From an uncultured Thermoplasmatales archaeon (GTDB lineage: Archaea; Thermoplasmatota; E2; DHVEG-1), in assembly GCA_964640555.1 (NCBI GenBank), contig CAZXHI010000093.1:45-24044 (forward strand): 24,000 bases of DNA. Reading direction: 5' to 3'. The notes below the pieces were generated by a model, which did no database searches, had not been told where the DNA came from, and saw only the letters and a list, made by a program, of their open reading frames with translations. Positions within the stretch are counted from its first letter, which is position 1, and the number at the start of each line of letters is the position of its first letter. The translations under genes were made by a program, and so were the position numbers. Shown here piece by piece: positions 7,602 through 17,236 of this stretch.

Positions 7602-8378
7602 ATGAAAATCGCACATATATCCGACATACATTGCAATTATGGTAGTGATTTCAACAGCAAGGTTTTCGATAGTGCCGTAAAACTTTTAAACAAAACTGAT
7701 TCGGATCTAGTTTTTATTTCAGGAGATTTAACTACTTGCGGACTCCTTTCAGAATATAAACTTGCTAATGAAAAGTTAAAGGAGATAAATGGTAAAATCG
7801 TCATCGTCCCAGGGAACCATGATGAACGGAATCTTGGATACAAACTATTCCCAGAGTTTTTCGGTGATCCAAGTTTTATACACACTTACAAGAATCTAAG
7901 CTTTGTCGGTCTGCCATCAAGCGAACCGGATAAAGATGACGGAAGACTTGGGAGAAGAAGACACAGACTTATAGAAAGGGGGATAAAAAAAGGTAAAAAG
8001 CTTACAATTGTTGGGTTTCATCATCATCTCATTCCAGTACCTAACTCAGGCAGAGAAAAAAACATCATTGAAGATGCTGGCGAAACTCTGGACATCATCT
8101 TAAAAAATGAAATACCACTTGTTCTTATGGGACACAGACACGTTCCCTATGGTGTTAAAATTCATAAAACACTACTTGTGAACGCAGGTACTTTTTCTTG
8201 TAACAGAACCAGAGCGCATTTTGGACACACCTTTAACATCATTGACATAAACAATGAGAACATCACAGTCACGGTTGTCAATATTACAAATAATAAACAG
8301 AAAAAAATGATTAAGTTTAACCTAGAGAATAGACATTATAAAAATAGATACTACAATCCAGACACCAGAATAGAGTAG
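7602..8378 (+). CDS. Calcineurin-like metallophosphoesterase
   Basis: Motifs in order: 'ISDIH', 'ISGDLT', 'VPGNHD', 'GFHHH', 'GHRH'. Confidence 0.85.
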   Translation: MKIAHISDIHCNYGSDFNSKVFDSAVKLLNKTDSDLVFISGDLTTCGLLSEYKLANEKLKEINGKIVIVPGNHDERNLGYKLFPEFFGDPSFIHTYKNLSFVGLPSSEPDKDDGRLGRRRHRLIERGIKKGKKLTIVGFHHHLIPVPNSGREKNIIEDAGETLDIILKNEIPLVLMGHRHVPYGVKIHKTLLVNAGTFSCNRTRAHFGHTFNIIDINNENITVTVVNITNNKQKKMIKFNLENRHYKNRYYNPDTRIE

Positions 8379-8456
8379 CTGTTTTTTTCGTAATGCTTAT
8401 TTACGGAAATTGCAATTCAGGTCTAAATATCACGTTAACTGAGGTGGAGGTTCTCG

Positions 8457-9695
8457 TTGGATCCAACGTTACTGTTCATTGCGGGTGGTGCAGCTGCTAT
8501 CGGTTTTTACATGGCATGGAGCATCGGTGCAAATGATGTGGCCAATTCCATGGCTACTGCTGTAGGTGCAAAGGCAATCACTTTCAAGCAGGCAGTACTC
8601 ATTGCAGGCATTCTAAATTTTGCCGGTGCCATACTTTTAGGCCCTCATGTTGCTGGAACAATCAAAGGCGGCATTGTAAAGGGCAGCATGATTGCAGATC
8701 CTCACACTTTACTACTGGGTTTTGTAGCATCGCTTCTTGCAGCTGCATTGTGGGTAACTCTATCAACTTGGAGAGAACTACCAATTTCCACAACGCATTC
8801 AGTGGTTGGTGCATTGATTGGCTTTGGCATAATTGCAGGAGGTGTATCCTCAATTGATTGGAGCGTCATGGGAAAAGTTGCATCGAGTTGGGTACTTTCA
8901 CCTGTTGTTGGTTGCATAATCGCTTTTTTTGTGTTCAAAGTCATAGTAAAAACAATTTTTGCCAAAGACAAACCTGTGAAAGCCGCTAAGATTGTTGGTC
9001 CACTTGCTATCGGCGTTACTGCATTTTTAATTGTTTCATCTCTATTTTTAAAAACCAAATTGAGTGAAATGAGTGGGGTATCGGATTTACCTCAGGTACT
9101 TTTAATTTCGACAGTTATTTCTGCAATTGCTTGCATAATAGCATTGTTTTTACTTAGAAATATTGAAGCCAAATCTGTCGAAGATTATATAACTGTTGAA
9201 GGTATTTTTAGGAAATTGCAAATTGTTACCTCTTGTTATGTTGCGTTTTCACATGGTGCAAATGATGTGGCCAATGCTATAGCCCCAGTCGCAGCAATTA
9301 TTCCTCTTGCCAATGGGGAAATGAGTTTAACTGCAGGAATACCTACTGAACTATTGGCACTTGGTGGAATCGGAATAGCATTTGGATGCCTGACCTGGGG
9401 GCGTAGAGTTATGAAGACAGTAGGGGGAAGGATTACAAATCTTACCAATACAAGAGGTTTTTCAGTAGATTTCGCAGCTGCCACAACAGTACTTGTGGCA
9501 TCAAAACTAGGTCTCCCTATCTCCACATCACATACGGTTGTCGGGGCAGTTATTGGAGTTGGACTTGCTAGAGGTTTGGAAGCCATTGATTTAAGTGTAA
9601 TTAAAAAAATTGTTGTTTCATGGTTGCTTACAGTACCCATTGCTGCTGCCACATCAGCGGTAATTTTTATATGTCTAAGAGCAATAGTAGGATAA
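8457..9695 (+). CDS. PiT-family inorganic phosphate transporter
   Basis: The PiT signature 'GANDVAN' occurs twice (N- and C-terminal halves), with 'STTHSVVGA' and 'STSHTVVGA' in a polytopic protein. TTG start (8457-8459) with strong SD 'gaggtggagg' 6 nt upstream. Confidence 0.92.
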   Translation: MDPTLLFIAGGAAAIGFYMAWSIGANDVANSMATAVGAKAITFKQAVLIAGILNFAGAILLGPHVAGTIKGGIVKGSMIADPHTLLLGFVASLLAAALWVTLSTWRELPISTTHSVVGALIGFGIIAGGVSSIDWSVMGKVASSWVLSPVVGCIIAFFVFKVIVKTIFAKDKPVKAAKIVGPLAIGVTAFLIVSSLFLKTKLSEMSGVSDLPQVLLISTVISAIACIIALFLLRNIEAKSVEDYITVEGIFRKLQIVTSCYVAFSHGANDVANAIAPVAAIIPLANGEMSLTAGIPTELLALGGIGIAFGCLTWGRRVMKTVGGRITNLTNTRGFSVDFAAATTVLVASKLGLPISTSHTVVGAVIGVGLARGLEAIDLSVIKKIVVSWLLTVPIAAATSAVIFICLRAIVG

Positions 9696-9711
9696 GAACT
9701 AGGTGAGAAAA

Positions 9712-10410
9712 ATGGAAAATAAAAGAAATCATTTCAGAGCACCAGTTGCTGATACCTTTAGGAGGAAGTCACCTTTTGGTCAATTACTAGATCACATGGA
9801 AAAAGTTAGGGAATGCATTGATATTCTTGGAGATGGATTAACTAGTTATTATAAAGGAGACTATAAAGGATTTTCAGAATTAGCTGAGAATGTATCAAAA
9901 ATTGAGCATGAAGCCGACCTTATAAAAAGAAATTTACGCAATCATCTTCCCTCTTCACTTTTTATGCCTGTGGATAAAGGTAAATTTTTGTGGGCGTTAA
10001 GAGAGCAGGATGCAATTTTAGATCATGCAGAAAACCTAGCCAAAATGCTTGATATGCGCCATACAAAGATTCCGAAAAAACTGCAGGATGTGTTCATTGA
10101 ACATGCAAAGCTCGTTATGAAAACAGTAGAGGCAATGCAGGATGCAGTTGGAAACATTAGAGATTTGATTGAAACAAGTTTCGTAAAACGTGAGCGGGAG
10201 CAAACTAAACAATTTATTTACAAGGTTCATGAATATGAGTGGAAGGCTGACCAGAAAAAACTTGAGGTGACAAAAGGAATCTATAAGCTTGAAAAGAAAC
10301 TTGATCCTATGGATGTGTACCATTTGCTAAAGATCGCCGACTGGGTTGATGATATAGCAGATCATGCAGAGAATGTCGCTGATTGGCTAAGAGCAATGAT
10401 AGCAAAATAA
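9712..10410 (+). CDS. DUF47 / PhoU-like PiT accessory protein (TIGR00153 type)
   Basis: Helical protein with 'HEADLIKR' and 'DDIADHAENVADWL' motifs, directly downstream of PiT, which is the usual pairing. I prefer the ATG at 9712 over the track's GTG at 9703 because 'aggtgag' (9701-9707) then serves as the SD. Confidence 0.85.
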   Translation: MENKRNHFRAPVADTFRRKSPFGQLLDHMEKVRECIDILGDGLTSYYKGDYKGFSELAENVSKIEHEADLIKRNLRNHLPSSLFMPVDKGKFLWALREQDAILDHAENLAKMLDMRHTKIPKKLQDVFIEHAKLVMKTVEAMQDAVGNIRDLIETSFVKREREQTKQFIYKVHEYEWKADQKKLEVTKGIYKLEKKLDPMDVYHLLKIADWVDDIADHAENVADWLRAMIAK

Positions 10411-10463
10411 GATTGTAAAACCCTACAAAAGATTGATAAAACATTCTTTATTAATCTTTTTTA

Positions 10464-11105
10464 ATGCTTGATACGATTCTAATAGCATTTCCAGCTGTGT
10501 TCATTCCTTTATTTATTATTGTAAATCCTTCATCAACTCTTGCACTTTTTTCAGCAATAACAAGTAATTATACAAAAAAAGAAAGAAAAAAAACTGCAAG
10601 AAGTGCTGTTACTTATGCTACAATTCTTTTATTTATATTTGCAATAGCCGGATCAGCTATTCTATCATATCTCCAAATAGAGATTTATTCCCTGAGAATT
10701 GCTGGTGGAATTCTCCTTGCTTTTGTAGGTCTTGATATGACCAGAAGAGGACAACAGTTTGGAGAAGGCGATCCAGGTAAAGAGCAAAAGGTAGATTATG
10801 CACTTGTTCCACTTGCAATGCCATCTTTATCTGGGCCAGGGGCAATAACTGTTACAATTGTAAGCATGCAGAATCCTGATTTCAATCTTTCATGGTGGAT
10901 CTTATTACTTATTGCATTTGCAGCAATCATACTTACAATGATTATAACATATTTAATTTTTTTAAGCTCAACATATATTATTAAAGTCCTTGGAAAAAAA
11001 GGAATGGACGCATTTACAAGAGTAATGGGGCTTCTGACAGTTGCTATTGCTGTTCAATTTACTTTGACTGGAATTGCATCCTGGGTTCAAACACTTAATC
11101 TATAA
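10464..11105 (+). CDS. MarC-family (UPF0056) integral membrane protein
   Basis: About 210 aa with 6 TM segments. It has the characteristic 'FIIVNP' N-terminus and the 'VPLAMPSLSGPGAIT' motif. Confidence 0.8.
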   Translation: MLDTILIAFPAVFIPLFIIVNPSSTLALFSAITSNYTKKERKKTARSAVTYATILLFIFAIAGSAILSYLQIEIYSLRIAGGILLAFVGLDMTRRGQQFGEGDPGKEQKVDYALVPLAMPSLSGPGAITVTIVSMQNPDFNLSWWILLLIAFAAIILTMIITYLIFLSSTYIIKVLGKKGMDAFTRVMGLLTVAIAVQFTLTGIASWVQTLNL

Positions 11106-11110
11106 TTTTT

Positions 11111-11989
11111 TTATTTGTAAAATTTAACAGCATTTATATTAATAGGAATACCCAATGAATTAGCGATAACATCACATTTTGTTCTCATAAGATATACTAT
11201 AGGATGATAATCTGTTTCTGAAAAAGATTCATAGTTTGCCATTCCCTTGCAAAGTATCAAATCAACCGGTTTCAATGCCTTATCAAGTTCAGATGGGAGT
11301 TTGTTAAAATCCACGCCAACTGCAAAGCACCCTGTTGTCAGAATTTTGTCTACAACTTCTTCAAACTGTAGCTTCTCAGCATCCTCCATGGTAGCATCAC
11401 TAAGAACTGGTTCACCTTTGACAACTAAAGTCAGAAACATTTTTGGGTTGAACTTCTTTAGTTCACGACAAAGAATCTTATCAAATACTATCTCCCCACA
11501 GTTATCTGTAAATAGCAAGACATTTTTTGATTTTTTTAATAATTCCTTTAACCTTGCCGAGTCATCATATCCAAGTCCATCAGCTACTGTTTTTTCAAAG
11601 ATATCTTTCAGCATCTCTGGATGTGTACTTGCCCCCTCAATTCCAAAATCCATAGTGTTCCCAACAATTGAACATAACATACTCATTTTCAATGGATCAT
11701 TGGACTCTTCAACGAGTTTTTCAACCTGTGGAACAAGTGACATCGCAACTTTGTTGCTTTGGTTTTTTAAATCCTTGTATGGATCATCATCACCAAGTGT
11801 TTCATAAACCAGTTTGTGCACCTCTGTAGCAATTGTTGCACTGCATCCATTTGGATCATAAAGCTCAGAGAGAGCCTGGCAGGCATTACGTATAACCTTG
11901 GTTTTAATCTTAGGATCCTTAGTGCTCTGTTCTGCTTCAAAAATAATACGTTTTATTAGACATGGCACACATTGCGTTTGAATCTTCAT
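11111..11989 (-). CDS. DUF89 / ARMT1-like damage-control phosphatase
   Basis: N-terminal 'CVPCLIKR' cysteine motif, 'FTDNCGEIVFDKIL' (metal-binding DN...D) and 'KGMANYES'. The stop lies 5 nt from the convergent marC stop. Confidence 0.85.
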   Translation of the reverse strand: MKIQTQCVPCLIKRIIFEAEQSTKDPKIKTKVIRNACQALSELYDPNGCSATIATEVHKLVYETLGDDDPYKDLKNQSNKVAMSLVPQVEKLVEESNDPLKMSMLCSIVGNTMDFGIEGASTHPEMLKDIFEKTVADGLGYDDSARLKELLKKSKNVLLFTDNCGEIVFDKILCRELKKFNPKMFLTLVVKGEPVLSDATMEDAEKLQFEEVVDKILTTGCFAVGVDFNKLPSELDKALKPVDLILCKGMANYESFSETDYHPIVYLMRTKCDVIANSLGIPININAVKFYK

Positions 11990-12028
11990 ACAAAACCCCT
12001 AGAAACAAAACTATCTATTATAGTCTTA

Positions 12029-13633
12029 CTACTGCAGTTGTTTACAGAGATATATCCCATCATCCATGAAACCATGTTTTCTATAATACTCCTTAACTCC
12101 AACACCGCTTAGGACAAATAAATGTTTTTTATCGAATTCTTCAAGGCAAATGCATTCTGCCTCATCAATGAGTTCTTTTCCAAATCCCTTATGCTGCCAT
12201 CCCTTTTTTGTTTTTTTTCCAATTGAAAGCTCCCTTCCAAGCACTTTCAACTCCCGTATGATCATACAAGGATTTTTTAAGAGTTCATAACGGTGAGGAA
12301 GAGTGACATCACGCAGGCGAAGATAAGCAATAAGCAAATCATGTTTTCTCTCAACAAGGGAGATAAAAATTTCCTCTCCACCGCCAGCATCATAATGAAT
12401 GCTTTCAAGACCGATGTCTCCATCATCTATCTCAATTTTTTCTTTTAATAATCTATGACCAATCTCTCGACATCTAATGCACCTGCATGTTTCACCATGT
12501 TTTTTCATCTCACTTTCTACCAGCTGACGTAGATTACTCTTGTCAACACCTGCATCAATATATGGTGCTGGAATATCTCGTTGAATCCTTTGTATGCGAA
12601 CCCATTCTGGAACATAACCCTTAAGTTTTGCAACCAGCTTTACTGCCCCCTCATTAGAAAGTGGCTCATATTCACCTTTTTTCCATAAATCATATAATTG
12701 AGTTCCTTTGATCGTAAGCGTTGGGTAAATCTTAATCATATCTGGCTTAAAGTCAGGATCCTCAAAAATAGTTTGAAATGACTCAATATCCCTCTCTGTG
12801 TCAGAGCCAGGAAGACCAGGCATCATGTGATAGCATACCTTAAAACCACATTCCTTGGCAATACGGGTGGAAGATATGGAATCCGTAACTGTATGACCTC
12901 GTTTCATACCATACAAAACATCGTCAAATACTGTCTGAACTCCCAGTTCAACTCGAGTTGCACCAAGTTCCAAAGCATTGTCAGCATGCTGCAGTCTAAA
13001 CCAATCTGGCCGGGTCTCAACAGTGAGCCCTACACAACGAGATAAGGCAGTTTCATTCTTCTTTTTGGCCATTTCCAACGATGGTGATGCCTCTCTGTTG
13101 AGAGCATCAAAACACCTTTTGACAAACCATTCCTGATAAAAAGGAGTTCTGGATGTAAAAGTCCCACCCATCAAAATAAAGTCAATTTTATCAACAGAAT
13201 GACCAATTACTTTCAGCTGTTCTATCCTGCTTTCAGTCTGCAAAAAAGGGTCAAAATCATTTAATAACGCCCTCATGGCTGCGGGTTCATGACCAGTATA
13301 GCTCTGAGGAGTATTGATTTCAGGTCCACCAGGACAAGGAACACACCGTCCATGTGGACACTCCGCTGGAGAAGTCATAACCGCAACGATAGCAACACCA
13401 GATATTGTACGCATTGGCTTCTTACGCAGTATATCAGTAGCAGTTTCTCTTTCTAATTCCGAAAACTCAGAAGGCAAACAAGCTAGTATCTCACTATCTG
13501 GGGGAACACTATTGAACTTGTATTTCTTGCAGAGCTTGACTTTAGTCTTATGTAACTCTTCCTTAGATTGAATCTTTTTGGAGAGGATAAGATCTATGAT
13601 TTCGGAATGGAAAGACATCAAAAAGCCCATCAT
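12029..13633 (-). CDS. elp3: Elp3-type radical-SAM / GNAT tRNA wobble-uridine modification enzyme
   Basis: 534 aa. It has a radical-SAM half ('AVMTSPAECPHGRCVPCPGG', 'ILMGGTFT', 'RVELGVQT') and a C-terminal acetyltransferase half ('WQHKGFGKELIDEAE'). This is the standard archaeal Elp3 architecture. Confidence 0.92.
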   Translation of the reverse strand: MMGFLMSFHSEIIDLILSKKIQSKEELHKTKVKLCKKYKFNSVPPDSEILACLPSEFSELERETATDILRKKPMRTISGVAIVAVMTSPAECPHGRCVPCPGGPEINTPQSYTGHEPAAMRALLNDFDPFLQTESRIEQLKVIGHSVDKIDFILMGGTFTSRTPFYQEWFVKRCFDALNREASPSLEMAKKKNETALSRCVGLTVETRPDWFRLQHADNALELGATRVELGVQTVFDDVLYGMKRGHTVTDSISSTRIAKECGFKVCYHMMPGLPGSDTERDIESFQTIFEDPDFKPDMIKIYPTLTIKGTQLYDLWKKGEYEPLSNEGAVKLVAKLKGYVPEWVRIQRIQRDIPAPYIDAGVDKSNLRQLVESEMKKHGETCRCIRCREIGHRLLKEKIEIDDGDIGLESIHYDAGGGEEIFISLVERKHDLLIAYLRLRDVTLPHRYELLKNPCMIIRELKVLGRELSIGKKTKKGWQHKGFGKELIDEAECICLEEFDKKHLFVLSGVGVKEYYRKHGFMDDGIYLCKQLQ

Positions 13634-13779
13634 ATCAACAGATAAAAATCTTTGTTATTTTGTTATATTAAAAGATGTCATTAAGATATCTTTGTGGTAA
13701 AATGAATAAATCTGGAGGAAACCAGGACCAAACATTAAAAAGAGTGTCTTATTTACCAATTAGGAATTGAGGCATATCT

Positions 13780-14202
13780 ATGAAAACTAATTCGATAATA
13801 GAGTTGATGTTAAAGGATCATGAAAAAATTGTCGATTATCTCAATAAAGTTGAAGAGAGTGGTCATCCTGATATTGAAGCTTTTTTAAAATTCGAATGGC
13901 ATCTCAAAAAACACATATTTATTGAGGAAAAAGCAATATTTATTTCTTATCAACCTAGTGATGATTCTGAGGAAGAAAAGATATTCAATAAACTTTCAAA
14001 AGAACATACAGTAATTATGGATTTACTTGATAAAATATCAAAAGAATCGTTCCCAAGAGGCAATATCAACTTTAACAAATTAAAGAAACTGCTTGCAGTA
14101 CATAAAAAATTTGAAGAAAATGAAGTCTATCCAAAACTGGAAGAGAAATTAAATGAGAAGAATAAACAAGAGATTATTGAGAAAATAACCGAGATAATTT
14201 AA
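13780..14202 (+). CDS. Hemerythrin HHE cation-binding domain protein
   Basis: 'LMLKDHEKI', 'HLKKHIFIEEKAIF', 'LSKEHTVIMDLL' and 'HKKFEENEVYP' give the repeated H/E metal-ligand spacing of hemerythrin-like domains. Confidence 0.7.
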   Translation: MKTNSIIELMLKDHEKIVDYLNKVEESGHPDIEAFLKFEWHLKKHIFIEEKAIFISYQPSDDSEEEKIFNKLSKEHTVIMDLLDKISKESFPRGNINFNKLKKLLAVHKKFEENEVYPKLEEKLNEKNKQEIIEKITEII

Positions 14203-14394
14203 ATTATCTAATAACTTGGTTTTGGACAGATTATTTTAAGATTTTATTTTGAGTATATTTATAGTTAGAAAGGTTTTTTAAGAATTGGCTGTTGTTTGCC
14301 TCAGATAGTAATCAGGATAAATTAAATATAGAAAATTTCTTAAATTTATTAACAAAATTAATATTGTAAGCGAAAAAACAGGGGACAAGAACCA

Positions 14395-15384
14395 TTGGAC
14401 ATAATAAAAACAAATAATTTGACAAAAAATTTCGATGGTCTTACAGCAGTTGATAATATATCATTCTCTGTAAAAAAGGGAGAAATCTTTGGTTTTCTAG
14501 GACCCAATGGTGCAGGCAAAACAACCACAATAAAAATGCTTACTACGTTGTTACATCCAACGAAAGGTTCTGCTGAGATTGCTGGATTTGACATTACTGC
14601 TGCAAGAGATAAAGTTAGGCAAAATATAGGGGTTGTATTCCAGGAACCTGCTCTTGATATAGAGCTTACTGGAGGAGAAAATCTCGAATATCATGCAAGA
14701 ATGTATGGTCTTAATCGAGATAAAAGAAAAACTAGGATAGATGATGTTCTAAGCTTAGTCGACCTTGAGGATAAAAAAAACGTTCTTGTGAAAAATTATT
14801 CTGGCGGGATGAAGAGAAGACTTGAAATAGCACGTGGTCTGATGCATTATCCAACGGTTTTGTTTCTTGATGAACCCACGCTTGGTCTTGATGCACAAAC
14901 AAGAAGAGCCATATGGAATTATATTGGGAAGATGAATAAAGAAGAAGGTACCACTATTTTTTTAACAACACATTATATGGATGAAGCTGACTTTCTTTGC
15001 GATAGAATTGGAATTATAGATCACGGTAGCATCCTTGTTATCGATTCAGTTACAAATCTTAAAAATTCTGTTGGTAATGATGTAATAACGCTTTCATGTT
15101 CAGATATGGTCAAATTAGTTAAAAGATTGGAAGAAGAATCATGGATTAGTAATATAGAACAACATGACTCGTTTGTAACACTGGGTGTAGAAAAAGGAGA
15201 GGAAAAGATACCCGTTATAATTGAGATTGCTCAAAGTCTGAATATAAGGATTAAATCAATCAGTGTCAGAAAACCAACACTTGATGACGTATTTCTCCAT
15301 TTTACAGGTAGGACAATGCGCGACCAAGAGGCAGCAAATACTGCTAGAAGTGTACCTCCTAGATTCCATGGTAGAAGGAGATAG
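14395..15384 (+). CDS. ABC transporter ATP-binding protein (ABC-2 / DrrA-like exporter subunit)
   Basis: Walker A 'GPNGAGKTT', Q-loop, signature 'YSGGMKRRLEIA', Walker B 'VLFLDEPTLGLD' and H-loop 'TTHYMDEA'. TTG start (14395-14397). Confidence 0.92.
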   Translation: MDIIKTNNLTKNFDGLTAVDNISFSVKKGEIFGFLGPNGAGKTTTIKMLTTLLHPTKGSAEIAGFDITAARDKVRQNIGVVFQEPALDIELTGGENLEYHARMYGLNRDKRKTRIDDVLSLVDLEDKKNVLVKNYSGGMKRRLEIARGLMHYPTVLFLDEPTLGLDAQTRRAIWNYIGKMNKEEGTTIFLTTHYMDEADFLCDRIGIIDHGSILVIDSVTNLKNSVGNDVITLSCSDMVKLVKRLEEESWISNIEQHDSFVTLGVEKGEEKIPVIIEIAQSLNIRIKSISVRKPTLDDVFLHFTGRTMRDQEAANTARSVPPRFHGRRR

Positions 15385-15386
15385 TT

Positions 15387-16160
15387 ATGAAATCTGTAGA
15401 ATTTCAAGCAATCTATATTATGTGGCTACGACAGATGAAACGTTTTGTCCGGTCCAAAAGCAGACTTGTCTCTTCCATAGTACAGCCATTGTTTTTTCTT
15501 TTTATTCTTGGATCAGGTTTCAGAGTAGCTACATTTGCGGAGGTGGATGATTACTTGTCTTTTCTTGCCCCGGGCATCATTGCAATGGCAATCTTGTTTT
15601 CTTCTATGTTTACTGGTATTTCAGTGTTATGGGATAAGCAATTTGGATTCTTGCAAGAAGTTTTAGTAGCGCCAGTTAGCCGTTTTTCAATAATAATTGG
15701 ACGTACACTTGGTGGTGCCACAGTAGCATTAATCCAGGGATTTATAATTCTACTAATTGCTTTAGGCCTTGGTGTGAAGATATCTGGAGTTTTTGGTTTG
15801 TTGTTAACTTTTGTTTTCATGATCCTTATAGCTTTCACAGCAGTTGGATTTGGTCTCGTAATTGCTTCTAAAATGGAAGATTTTCAAGGTTTCCAACTTA
15901 TAATGAATCTGCTTATCATGCCTCTGTTATTTCTATCATCAGCGTTTTTCCCGGTTACTGCTGATCCCAGGCAACTGATTCCAATGGATAAAATATGCTT
16001 TTTTAACCCTTTGTTTTATATGGTTGATGGTCTACGTGGCAGTCTAATAATAGGTACAGCTACCGTAAATCCCCCTCTGTTAGATCTTCTAGTTGTTTTG
16101 GTGGTATGTATCATTATGATGGGGCTTGGTAGCTATTTCTTCAGCAAAAGCGAGGTGTGA
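15387..16160 (+). CDS. ABC-2 type transporter permease
   Basis: Six-TM protein starting 2 nt after the ATPase stop. Typical ABC-2 permease N-terminus 'IYIMWLRQMKRFVRSKSRL'. Confidence 0.85.
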   Translation: MKSVEFQAIYIMWLRQMKRFVRSKSRLVSSIVQPLFFLFILGSGFRVATFAEVDDYLSFLAPGIIAMAILFSSMFTGISVLWDKQFGFLQEVLVAPVSRFSIIIGRTLGGATVALIQGFIILLIALGLGVKISGVFGLLLTFVFMILIAFTAVGFGLVIASKMEDFQGFQLIMNLLIMPLLFLSSAFFPVTADPRQLIPMDKICFFNPLFYMVDGLRGSLIIGTATVNPPLLDLLVVLVVCIIMMGLGSYFFSKSEV

Positions 16161-16250
16161 TACGCTTTTAATTTATATTGGGGAAAAAAGTTAAATAAAC
16201 AAGGTATTCTGCACAAAATTGAAATAAAAGTAGCAACAAATAACACCTAT

Positions 16251-17120
16251 TCACTTTGTTTTCTCCTCTACACAGTTTCTAAATGTTTTAATCATGTTTA
16301 TCAGAGAACATGCCACTGTTACTGGTCCAACTCCTCCAGGCACAGGTGTAATTTTCCCAGCTTTTTCCTTCACAGAATCAAAATCTACATCTCCGCATAT
16401 GCCATCCTTTGTATTCACTATTCCAACGTCTATTACAAAAGCGTTTTTCTTTACATACTCACTTGTTATTATCCTTGGTATCCCTGTGGCTGTTACAAGA
16501 ACATCTGCCCTAGATGCATATTGTTTTGTATTCTTTGTGAAAACATGACAAACGGAAACCGTGGCATTCCTGTTAAGAAATAGAGCAGAAAGTGGCTTTC
16601 CCACGACATTACTATGGTTAATAATAACTATGTCCTTTCCTTTGAGATCCATGTTTTCGTGTTCCAAAATAGTAAGCACCGATAGCGGGGTACATGGCAC
16701 AATATATTCATCACCGATTAGAGTTCTACCCATATTATATGGAGTAAATCCCTCCACGTCCTTTTTGGGATCTATTGCATTCATCAGTATATCTGAAGAA
16801 ATATGACCTGGTATAGGAAACTGTATCAGAATTCCATGAACGCTTTTGTCTTCATTTAATTCAGATATGGAACGTAAAATTTCATTTTCAGAAACATTCT
16901 GTGGAAACTCTAGATGATTTGACACTATCCCTGCCTTTTTACAGGCATTATCCCTTAGCCTCAAATAAAGAGCTGATGTTTGATCCTCACCAATTTTAAT
17001 TGTGGTTATATTCGGCGTAGTTTTGTATCTTAATTTTAATTGTTCTACTTCCTCAGCAGTTTTTCCGTGTAGGTTACCTGCTATTTCCCTTCCATCAATA
17101 ATTTTTGCAGTCATTTTCAA
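16251..17120 (-). CDS. folD: Bifunctional methylenetetrahydrofolate dehydrogenase / methenyl-THF cyclohydrolase
   Basis: 'AKIIDGREIA', 'YLRLRDNACKKAGI', 'GILIQFPIP', 'DPKKDVEGFTPYN', 'PCTPLSV', 'VVGKPL' and 'ITPVPGGVGPVT'. The track start (17120) is TTG. The ATG at 17114-17112 (MTAKIIDG...) is the more likely start. Confidence 0.93.
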   Translation of the reverse strand: MKMTAKIIDGREIAGNLHGKTAEEVEQLKLRYKTTPNITTIKIGEDQTSALYLRLRDNACKKAGIVSNHLEFPQNVSENEILRSISELNEDKSVHGILIQFPIPGHISSDILMNAIDPKKDVEGFTPYNMGRTLIGDEYIVPCTPLSVLTILEHENMDLKGKDIVIINHSNVVGKPLSALFLNRNATVSVCHVFTKNTKQYASRADVLVTATGIPRIITSEYVKKNAFVIDVGIVNTKDGICGDVDFDSVKEKAGKITPVPGGVGPVTVACSLINMIKTFRNCVEEKTK

Positions 17121-17145
17121 TTCAAAAAGTAAAATTTAGGTGGGG

Positions 17146-17153
17146 TTATAAAT
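17146..17153 (-). promoter_or_regulatory. TATA-box-like element upstream of folD
   Basis: The minus strand reads ATTTATAA, 32-39 nt upstream of the folD ATG (17114). It directly abuts the core of att-like site A. Confidence 0.3.
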
Positions 17154-17187
17154 CCTCTGGTTATAGTTTCAGCTTGGTTACAAAATC
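17154..17187. repeat. att-like site A: core CCTCTGGTT plus right arm Z
   Basis: cctctggttatagtttcagcttggttacaaaatc matches 18299-18332 at 32 of 34 positions. Lies between the heliorhodopsin stop and the folD start. Confidence 0.85.
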
Positions 17188-17236
17188 AGGAAACTTTGTA
17201 ATACAATGTCTTGTATACATATGAAGGTATTCTTTT

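Noticed and set aside
8662-9652. Three antisense ORFs within the PiT gene (8662-8853, 8702-9058, 9236-9652)
   Set aside because: They are embedded in a transporter gene with duplicated signature motifs and have an Ala/Thr/Pro-rich antisense composition.
11247-11807. 186-aa Ser-rich ORF antisense to the DUF89 gene
   Set aside because: Its Ser/Phe/Leu-rich composition mirrors the K/E/D-rich sense gene, and it has no motifs. It is a shadow ORF.
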